Made by a program: the position numbers and the translations under genes. The notes under the pieces were generated by a model. It made no database searches. It saw nothing but the letters and a program-made list of their open reading frames with translations, and was not told where the DNA came from. DNA of 63,670 bases, counting the filler, from Sphaeroforma arctica JP610 (Eukaryota): NCBI RefSeq assembly GCF_001186125.1. It is 7 parts of 3 records of this genome, joined end to end, with 100 filler letters (N's around TTAATTAATTAA, not from the genome) between each part and the next. Parts side by side here need not be neighbours in the genome. Positions count along the whole stretch, not along the records: positions 52,932 to 56,617 come from NW_014040554.1; positions 56,718 to 61,771 come from NW_014040554.1; positions 61,872 to 63,670 come from NW_014040553.1; 4 more parts are not named here. The stretch is one strand, 5' to 3'. Below are positions 53,486 through 63,670 of the stretch, in pieces (position 1 is the first letter of the stretch; each line of letters starts with the position of its first letter).

Positions 53486-54351
53486 GAAGTACTACCGCAC
53501 AGGAGCGCAGTGAGCCACAGACCCTCCAGACATCCTCAAGAGGAATGGGTCGAATGAATGTGGAGTCTGCAATGTCGGACATCACTACATATGTGTAAGC
53601 TTCTAACAGGTATATGCCAGTACAACGAATGGGAGTCTTCCTTAAACCTAAACCCAAGTCGACATAGGCCTCGCAGATGATTTGTATAGATCTTCACTGC
53701 ATTTCATAGAAGCAGCTTGTAAAGGCGAGAGAACAGCAATTGATCTGAATGTGTACGTGCTATAAACTTCGGTGAGGCTGTGCGTCGTTATGAACAAGTA
53801 CATGTGCACTGAACTATAGTGGCTACCCACATGCCTGGTGTTAGGGTTTAGAAACCCTACTCTAATACATGTAAATGTATGCATCTGGATTCGTTATGTA
53901 TACATTTATCGTGGTGCCCATGCCATATACAAACACTACTCATGCGAACGCACACACATGTACTACTACATGCAGAACTAGTCGCATAGACCGATACAAG
54001 GCATAGGTTCGGTAAAAACTTACGGTTTGTGTGGGGTTTCCGAGGCGGGAACAGGCTGAATTTGATTGGCCGCGCCCCAACACCTTTCGCAATGGGCACC
54101 AGCGGTGCAGACATAATCTGTTAATGTGATGTGATGTTAAAGGTCAAACAGTTGACTGTGAGTACATGAGCCGTCGACAGGTCAGTTAGGCAGACATAAT
54201 CTGTTAATGTGATGTGATGTTAAAGGTCAAACAGTTGACTTTGAGTACATGAGCCGTCGACAGGTCAGTTAGGCGGACGATACAGGTCTGATGCTAAAGC
54301 GACCCAAGACTTCTATTGCCATAGCATATGTGTATATGTCCAAGACCCCGG

Positions 54352-55285
54352 CACACACATAACACGTGCTTTATACCACCCCAGCACACAAACAACACAT
54401 GCTTTATATCACCCCAACACACAAACAACACATGCTTTATATCACCCCAGCACACAAATAACACATGCTTTATACCACCCCAGCACACAAACAACACATG
54501 CTTTATATCACCCCATCACATAAAACAACACGTGCTGTAAATCACTCCAGCACACAACATANNNNNNNNNNNNNNNNNNNNNNNNNNNNNNNNNNNNNNN
54601 NNNNNNNNNNNNNNNNNNNNNNNNNNNNNNNNNNNNNNNNNNNNNNNNNNNNNNNNNNNNNNNNNNNNNNNNNNNNNNNNNNNNNNNNNNNNNNNNNNNN
54701 NNNNNNNNNNNNNNNNNNNNNNNNNNNNNNNNNNNNNNNNNNNNNNNNNNNNNNNNNNNNNNNNNNNNNNNNNNNNNNNNNNNNNNNNNNNNNNNNNNNN
54801 NNNNNNNNNNNNNNNNNNNNNNNNNNNNNNNNNNNNNNNNNNNNNNNNNNNNNNNNNNNNNNNNNNNNNNNNNNNNNNNNNNNNNNNNNNNNNNNNNNNN
54901 NNNNNNNNNNNNNNNNNNNNNNNNNNNNNNNNNNNNNNNNNNNNNNNNNNNNNNNNNNNNNNNNNNNNNNNNNNNNNNNNNNNNNNNNNNNNNNNNNNNN
55001 NNNNNNNNNNNNNNNNNNNNNNNNNNNNNNNNNNNNNNNNNNNNNNNNNNNNNNNNNNNNNNNNNNNNNNNNNNNNNNNNNNNNNNNNNNNNNNNNNNNN
55101 NNNNNNNNNNNNNNNNNNNNNNNNNNNNNNNNNNNNNNNNNNNNNNNNNNNNNNNNNNNNNNNNNNNNNNNNNNNNNNNNNNNNNNNNNNNNNNNNNNNN
55201 NNNNNNNNNNNNNNNNNNNNACATAACAACACTTGCTTTATACCACCCCAGTACACACACAACACATGCTTTATACCACCCCAGC
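54352..55285. repeat. 39-bp minisatellite spanning an N gap
   Basis: Unit CACACAAACAACACATGCTTTATA(C/T)CACCCCAG on both sides of the gap. Confidence 0.85.
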
Positions 55286-55340
55286 AGGCAAGCGCGGCTA
55301 CTGTCTAACGCACAGCTCAATAGCCCAACAGCACACTTAC

Positions 55341-57375
55341 CCAATCAGTGCGCATGGCTGCAGGGTTGGTGTGGTAGTTCTGTGGGGCATTAATCTCATC
55401 GCCCAAATCATCAACGGGATCGTTCATGTCCATCGCTACAATCGGAAACTCGTCGCCTGTGAACTCATCGTCTGTGCCTTCGCCTCCTACGGTGGTCATT
55501 GCGAAGCCCGCCGCGCTGTAAGTGTTTGAACGTTGTAGTTTGAGGAGAGTGGGGCGGTATACGAACATATATATGAGCACGAGTGCATGTGTGTCTGCAG
55601 ATTTTGATTGTGATCGTGTATGTGTCTGTGTCAGCGTACGTGAGTATATCTACTTGCACTACATGTGTATGTATTTTATAAGGAATGTATGAATATGTAT
55701 ATAAATGTACGTATAAGTATGTGTGTGTATGTGTAGTATGTGTATGTATATACATGTATATGCATGTATATGTATGTATATGTGTGCATATGTATGTATA
55801 TGTGTGTATCGTATGTGCCTATGTCTGTGTACGTGAGAATATACTTACTTGCAATATATATATATATGTGTGTATACTTTTGTATATGTTTGGATATGTA
55901 TACATATGTGTGTATATGTATGTTTGTGTATGTACCATGTCCAGATGATATTGGTGTAGCATATGTGTATATAGGGGTATATACATGCGTGCCCATGAAG
56001 CGTACGTGAATTGTCAGGGGCATGTGTAATTCTGAGAAGCATGAAGAACACACCCACGCAGACATATAGGCAGCCCGGCACATGTCGGAGGCAGCGCCCT
56101 CGACTCACATTCCTGAACAGAAATTGGACTATGGCACAAAACATGACCACACAACATGAAACTAGAACGCAGGGTCACGCCTCGCACTTACAAGGCGAGC
56201 GTAGATCAAGCTCTCATACTATCTACATACTGCAGTCCATTGCACTATAGTTTTAACATGTTAGACAGGTTTGCGTGTGCATGTACCTTCCTACAGAGTC
56301 CCTGTTGTCTTCCACTGATTTGCTAGTATGTTCGCCAGTTGTAGTCAAATCCGGCGATGGACAATATGCAGTAGGTCTCGACTTGAGTTTGGCATGGGCT
56401 CTACAGTAATCGCAAAGGTATTTATATTAAAGTAGGTACGCTGCAGTTGTTCATGATAGGCTGCGCTTGACAAAGCAATGATAACAGATACGAAACAATC
56501 ATATATATATATATATATATTTCATTATATACATATATACATATAGACATATATATATATAGATAAATACATACAAACACATACACACATACATACATAC
56601 ACACATACATACATATANNNNNNNNNNNNNNNNNNNNNNNNNNNNNNNNNNNNNNNNNNNNTTAATTAATTAANNNNNNNNNNNNNNNNNNNNNNNNNNN
56701 NNNNNNNNNNNNNNNNNGCACCCCTATCGCCTCGTTTTAATAGAGGTCCGAAGTGCGCTAGTGTGGGAGAACAATGGCGAACATACGACACGCCTGATAC
56801 ACCCACAATAAATTTATACGATCCCCATAGGCCTCCTAGTCGTGTCGATTAATATGTCCTCAATGAAAGCAGCAGACACACTAACTGATCACAGTGATGT
56901 ACAGACATAAAATATCAAGCAGTAGACACACTAACTGATCACAGTGATGTACAGACATAAAAATACCAAGCAGCAGACACACTAACTGATCACAATGGTG
57001 TACAGACATAGGAATACATACACATGCGACACCCATGTATACACGCTGTTTTCCACTCACTCACCAACATAGCCTTCTGCGCATTCGAGTCGAAGGCCAC
57101 CACCATGTACCCGGTGTTGCCAAGCACCCCGCGAACAGAACACAACCAATTCTTCGCCAACTTCAGGTACGAGTCCCCGGTGAACCCGATAACAATGGTG
57201 TTGTCTACCGCTCTCTGTGAGTGATATGGGTTTAAATAAGTGAAAGATTCAGTACCACGTGTAGGCTCGATCAACTGCAGCTGGTTGGGGGGTGCAAACA
57301 GTTCCTCGGCAGTTACATTCACATATGTCCGTATCCCACCGGAAGTATCGCTCGAATTGATTGGATACCGTGTAC
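55341..57375 (-). CDS. Nucleotide-diphospho-sugar transferase (GT77/Nucleotid_trans-like) exons, partial
   Basis: The exon ending at 57065 (starting at 57214 or 57375) encodes RAVDNTIVIGFTGDSYLKLAKNWLCSVRGVLGNTGYMVVAFDSNAQKAML, which resembles the family's N-terminal tivv..n..y....NW..s....lvvAlD pattern. A further clean exon lies at 55515-55341. No DxD exon was seen (gap in between). Confidence 0.6.
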
Positions 57376-57983
57376 CTGTGAGTTAAGCCTATACGTATTA
57401 GATACACGATCAGGTCGTCACAAGCCGCCCGACTGTCTCTGTATCCCTTATGCGTGCTGTTTCTCGCTACTGTCACCAATCGTCACGAGCGCTTCATTGA
57501 CACACTCGGCAACGTGTGCTTTCTCGCGAGCCACTGTTTTGGTGTGCACGATATCACAACCCTATAAACCCTTACAACAGAAGTTGTTCGCACGGATGCA
57601 ACCGCACCGATACCATCCGAACCAAAGACGGGCATTCGGCAAATACATATACATGCCCACACACGGTTGCCTTCAAAAGTCTGAGATCTTCTTATTCGAT
57701 GAGGACACCGACAGGCATGCACATCGCCTGGACATAGAACATACAGATGACAGTACACGGCATACCACGCAAACTTACCTCTGTAAGACCAATAGTACAC
57801 CCTCAGCTTTTGTGTCTTGTTTTTGCATCTACCATATAAGACATGCGAGTCACCTACGTTCACTGTTTTAGATCTTAGTGAAGCCATCAGCACCACATAC
57901 CTATACCTACAACGACATACCCAAACACACAGACTTCGGTATACCCACAGTGTGCACACAGCAGTCATTCAGCTCACACTGAC

Positions 57984-60900
57984 CTGTTTCAGATGGCCAA
58001 GGAGCAGATCTTCATCAGGCGTGGGGCGTTTGAAACTATTGTCTGGGTCGCAAACAGGCACCACGGGCTCCTTCTTGATGTACACGGGTAGTAAACCCTG
58101 GTTTACACTGTGCAGATGACATTAGTTTGAGTGTGGGGTAGGTGGGCATTTTGTTCACACTATGGTCTGCACGGGCTCCTACTTCATAAACACGGGTAAT
58201 AAACCCTGGTTTACACTGTGCAGACGATGCTGGTTTCAGTGTAGGGGTAGAAAGGTAATTTGTTCGCACTATGCTTAGAAAAAACGATCATGAATGCTAG
58301 ATTGTGCTGTCGTCTTAAACGAAGTGGCGCATAACGACATATTCACAGTAACATGTCCATTATCAAAATAAACAATCCCGATATGAACGAGATAGTCACC
58401 CGCTTAGAGTGTATGGGATGAGACTCGAATTATTCTGTCCGCTGGTTCCAAATTGCACATAGTGCTTCATCTAGAACGACATATGCGTACTTCCGTGCCA
58501 AATGCAAAGGCACAAGTGTATGTATATATCCCACACGTACACTCAGTTAAACAAGCCCAACAATCCCAATTAACGAACCTAGATGTACATGTATCGTATA
58601 TATATATATATATATAGTATATCATACATATATATATATATATNNNNNNNNNNNNNNNNNNNNNNNNNNNNNNNNNNNNNNNNNNNNNNNNNNNNNNNNN
58701 NNNNNNNNNNNNNNNNNNNNNNNNNNNNNNNNNNNNNNNNNNNNNNNNNNNNNNNNNNNNNNNNNNNNNNNNNNNNNNNNNNNNNNNNNNNNNNNNNNNN
58801 NNNNNNNNNNNNNNNNNNNNNNNNNNNNNNNNNNNNNNNNNNNNNNNNNNNNNNNNNNNNNNNNNNNNNNNNNNNNNNNNNNNNNNNNNNNNNNNNNNNN
58901 NNNNNNNNNNNNNGAAGTATTGAGTACAAACACAGAGATTGTATATATTGTTCGCGTAGGTGTAACACTTTCAGATATGGCCCCAGTGTGCGTGTACATA
59001 AAATACGGATTATAAATAGTTAACATAAAAAAAATATGCGTAGGAGTCCATATGTATCTACATATACACAGCTAATTCATACTTGTAGTTGTTGTGGTGT
59101 GCGTATATCCTCATCTTATCGGAGTGTACGGAGACGACTACGGGGATAATGGCCTTCACTCGCTTGCCAGATGCAAGCACAGAATAGCGATAGACCCCTT
59201 CGACCAAGCCCATGCATTTGGCTTTCCTCCTCTATCATAAGAACATGCATGATATAATATTACAGGTGTAAATGACGGGTATATATTCAGGCATTAATGG
59301 CATCAGAATATAATATTACAGGCATAAATGGCATAAGAATAATAATATTACAGGTATAAATGGCATAAGAATATAATATTACAGGTATAAATGGCATAAA
59401 AATATAATATTACAGGTATAAATGGCATAAGAATACAATATTACAAGCATAAATGATATAGGAATATAATATTACAGGCATAAATGGCATAAAAATATAA
59501 TATTGCAGGTATAATTGGCATAAGAATAGATTACATATGGCATAAGAATATAATATTACAGGTATAAATGGCAAAAGAATAATAATATCACAGGAATAAA
59601 TGGCACAAGAATATAATATTGCAGGCATATATGGCATAAGAATACAATTATTACAAGCATATATGGCATAAGAATATAATATTGCAGGTATAAATGGCAT
59701 AAAAATACAATATTACAGGTATAAATGGCACGAGTATACAATATTACAGGCATTAATGACATAAGAATATAATATTACAGGCATAAATGGGCATAAGAAT
59801 ATGATATTACAGGCACAAATGGCATAGAAATATAATATTGCAGGTATAAATGGCATAAGAATAGATTACAAATGGCATAAGAATAGATTACAAATGGCAT
59901 AAGAATATAATATTACAGGAATGAATGCCTTAAGAATGCGGTATTAGGTGAAATCGTATCCCCGTTCTGGAGGAGACGACTATGCTAATATAGACGCGAC
60001 AGTTTGAGTTATACATACTTATGAGTAAAGAAATTATCATACACAGAAACCTGAAAGTTACATACAAAAAATGCACTCGTGTATATGTACAAAAATCTAG
60101 CATACTGCTATGAAGCACACAAAGGGATATACAAGTACACATACCCCACTACGCTGTTGCACATCCTATACACTTAAGCAAGCTATAGCACCTCTCACGC
60201 GTTCTTATGTTTAAGGGGTTATTGCCGCCCTTTCAGAAGCGCATGTAGAGTTCCTACCATAGTAATAGGTTTAAACAAGTCCATAAACCAAGACACTTGT
60301 CCACCATGACTACCGTTGCTCTCGGTTATACTATAAACAAAACGAAATGCACAGAACATGACATACCATATGGACATACCTGGCCAATACATTTGCCATC
60401 CATAGGGCTGTTACTGCCTTTCTCCCACACAAAGGTGTCCCTGCCATGTTCTACCTTAAACAGCCAATAATCTACTATACGGACATACCTGGCCTATACA
60501 TTTGCCATCCATAAGACTGTTACTGTCTTTCTCCCACACAAAGGTGTCCATGCCATGTTCTACCCTAAACAGCCAATAATTTACTACATGGACATACCTG
60601 GCCTATACATTTGCCATCCATAGGGCTGTTACTGTCTTTCTCCCACACAAAAGTGTCCATGCCGTGTTTCTTGGCCATCTGCTCGTCCACTGCGGTGACT
60701 TGAGCGGTAGTCTCGGGTAGTGTGACAATCAACCGTTTGCCTAGCTTTTCCTGACGGTATTTGACATTGTCTGTGGTACAAAACATGGACAGCAAAGGTA
60801 TCAGAATGCGTGGCGTAGAACAGTTCATAGACGCATGCATTCGACAATATACGGGCGCTGGAGTGCAGACACATACCCGTTGGAAGGGATATTTGATGCC

Positions 60901-61102
60901 ACAAGTATAAACGTACCATCCTAAGGCTAATCCACATGCGTACTATACTATGACATGCTTAGAGCACACCTTCAGACGAGATGAGTGGCGTTCGCTTCTT
61001 CACATGAATGGCTACGTCGTCGGAGGCTACATGGCCATCCTCATCGCTTATCGTGAACTCGAAAACGTAGACACCTTCGTCAATACCCCTTAGACCACCC
61101 AC
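57984..61102 (-). CDS. PKD/Ig-like repeat protein (KIAA0319-like modules), internal exons
   Basis: Phase-consistent exons 61102-60970, 60770-60598, 59231-59083 and 58107-57984. They encode GIDEGVYVFEFTISDEDGHVASDDVAIHV and FVWEKDSNSPMDG...GLVEGVYRYSV...VVVSVH. The 3' end is ambiguous: a stop at 57673 via exons 57828-57779 and 57727-57673, or continuation. Confidence 0.7.
59250..59920. repeat. ~33-bp minisatellite
   Basis: Unit ATAAATGGCATAAGAATATAATATTACAGG(C/T), about 20 copies. Confidence 0.95.
60370..60668 (-). repeat. 109-bp triplication of an exon 3' end plus donor
   Basis: GGACATACCTGGCC... (reverse complement CAG|GTATGTCC) at 60372, 60481 and 60590. Confidence 0.9.
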
Positions 61103-61871
61103 CTACAGAGGAATGTTAGATTTGTTGTATGAGAATTCGGGGTTTCCAAGTCCAATGGGTAGCCAGGGCTCAAACAAACGCTGACAATCAGTTTATAGAA
61201 CTACACCTGCTTATCGCAAGGCAAAAAGAAGCTGCAGTATGCCGGAATATTGAACTCGATATACCAATACGCGAACGTGTGGGCACGACCTCGCCACCAG
61301 GCAAACATATACGATTTGCTGCCATGGAATTCACTTATACTTTGCTGTGTTTCTGGATTGTTTTACATATATGTGAAAAAGATGAATGGTAGTATAAAAT
61401 TTCGGCGCGAGCATACGATTCACATACAAGTGCATATAAACTTCGTACTATTTGCTACTAACCAATAGTCGTATCATTTCGTGGAAATTGCGATACAAAA
61501 CAGTACCGATAAACACAAGCTTATGACTATTTCAACAAAAATACTACACGCACGTACAGGTGCTTGTACACATGTGCAAATCTAGATGTACGTAAATACG
61601 TAAGTATACATACACGATACAGACATACGACTTGTGAGCAAGAAAATGAATCCATCATTTGACCTCTGTATAAATTAATTTGTGCTCGAGTACAATCGCT
61701 CCTGCGGTATATGCCGCGAACGTGCATTTCCGAAAATGTGGATTAACAATTGATATTCATTTATATAGATTNNNNNNNNNNNNNNNNNNNNNNNNNNNNN
61801 NNNNNNNNNNNNNNNTTAATTAATTAANNNNNNNNNNNNNNNNNNNNNNNNNNNNNNNNNNNNNNNNNNNN

Positions 61872-61941
<70 letters not shown>

Positions 61942-61947
61942 ATATAG

Positions 61948-63495
61948 ATGAAGCCCTTCTACCAGCCCACGCTGGCAGAAGGGGTGCGTGCGCTACGGAC
62001 TTGGATAGGTATAAGGTGGTACTTCAATCCGAAGTGCTCTGATCTGGGCAGGATAGTAGCGAGAGAATCAGGAGGGATAAGGCGACTGCACCGTTGGTGT
62101 GCCTTTATGCTCCTGATGATCGATGGTTCAAAGAGATGGTTCCGCTTCCCTCGACTGATCCGATGGTCATATACCCGAAGGAAGGTGTCGTCCTAAGTCA
62201 TGGGTAGGATTCTATGCCGGCGCCCAATTTCGTGACCTTAGTATGCCACATGAGTCCCTACAGACCGCACGTAAGCTGCGTAAGACTTTTGGGGGAAGTT
62301 GGAAGCCGAATGACCCCACTTTGAGAAGTTAGCTGCGGCGGCAGGGGCTCTCCTGCGCGCCTAGTGATGGATGCGGACAAGAAGTTCCAGAACAGAGACG
62401 TGGCGACATTATGTGAACGCCGTAACATTGAGCCGCATTGGATCACAGTGGATCGTCATCAGAGTAATGGGCGCCAGAGACACTCCTCATGACGATGAAG
62501 GATTGGCTTCGCAGAGAGATCGAGGCAGCGGATAATTCTCCGCATGCGTGGCTCCACTTGGTATATGAGATGGAGTGCATTTACAACGCCACGCGCAACT
62601 CAGTCACGGGGTTCTCGCCATATTTCTACATGATAGGCAGGGACTTCAACGGTCAGAAGCGCTTAGAGCTGCAGGACAGATTACTGTCCTTGCTGGAGTC
62701 TGAGAAGGGTACGGAAGCCATGGTCCGTGACGCTGTAGCGGCTGTTCATGATCGACGAGCTCAGCTGGAACAACAGAGCCGCGCCAATATCAGACGCGAG
62801 GACGTACCATTGTTGCCGGTCGGTTCTCAGGTTTGATATCAGCTGCGTGGCAAGTCGCATGATTTGTCTGCACGGTGGGGTGGTCCGGCCAAGGTGGTGT
62901 CAGTACAGGCACCACTTACGCACGTGGTAGAAATGGCCGACGGTACACACTCATGTGGGACACAGCTCTCGAGAAAAGCGAATGCTCGGACTACGGTCAG
63001 GTACAGGCAGGCCGACTGGTCCCTTCGAGGATTGGTTGCTATATCATTCACCGTTTTGTGACTCCAAGGATGGTTACTAGCAAGCGATTGGTTATTGCCT
63101 GAGGCGTGCAAAGAAGGCACGCATATGGTCCACCGCTATGAGCTCGGTCTGGGGTCGGCGGCAAATGTGGTGTGATGAAGCGGATTTGGAGTGTTACGTA
63201 CCGCTGGTACCTGGATCTGGCACTAAATATGTGCTTCCTACGCAGTATAATGGACTCTTGAAGCGCATGTTCCCGGATAAGGATAAGCAGACACATTTCA
63301 AACAGCAGGTTGAGAAGTGTTTTGCTTTCGTACAGTCGGCGAAGTACCGTGGTGGACGCATTCGAGTGTGGGGTGAGCTACAGTTGTCCGAGAATGGAGT
63401 TGAGCTGCCGGCACGACGTTAGTTCTGGTAGAAAATTATCCAGGATGGAAGTAGAAGGACCGAGCTCCACCTCCCACGAGGGGTTGGGGAGATAG
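61948..63495 (+). mobile_element. Decayed Ty3/Gypsy integrase region (different, GC-richer family) next to a (TA)n tract
   Basis: LVMDADKKFQNRDVATLCERRNIEPHW...HQSNG; W...VYEMECIYNATRNSVTGFSPYFYMIGRD; GPY/F-like RWGGPAKVV. Contains frameshifts and stops. Confidence 0.8.
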
Positions 63496-63670
63496 TCTCT
63501 CTTGCATGTACACACGAGGTGTACATCGGTAAACAGTTTTTTCTTTTCTCTTTTTTTAGACGTCTACGGAGCAGAGGCCGCTAGGCGGCGGTGCTCAGAA
63601 GTGGATACGGTGGCAGACATGACGGTCGTGTGGCATGCAACCGTAGCGGATATTGTGATTATATATATAT

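Overview
Intron-rich, minisatellite-rich eukaryotic draft scaffold. It is probably from a unicellular opisthokont such as an ichthyosporean (inferred, not verified). It contains many N gaps and six artificial N-TTAATTAATTAA-N spacers. Spliced genes recovered by hand: the 3' half of a DEAD-box helicase (+), a LicD-family type II membrane protein (+), a DUF2015-domain protein (+), a partial DYRK-like kinase (+), and PKD/Ig-like and GT77-like exons (-). There is also an intronless secreted Cys-repeat protein (-) and three decayed Ty3/Gypsy retroelement pieces. Two systems stand out. (1) Three U1 snRNA genes share an identically spaced promoter. One has the canonical splice-site-binding end (ACUUACCUG); two are an isoform with ACAUACCUG, the exact complement of CAG/GUAUGU, which is the commonest donor in this window. 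(2) A protease- and integrase-type Gypsy family carries a Dam-like N6-adenine methyltransferase (DMFA...NPPW) between RNase H and integrase. This family also has non-canonical Gag zinc knuckles and a conserved in-frame UGA-C gag/pol junction.
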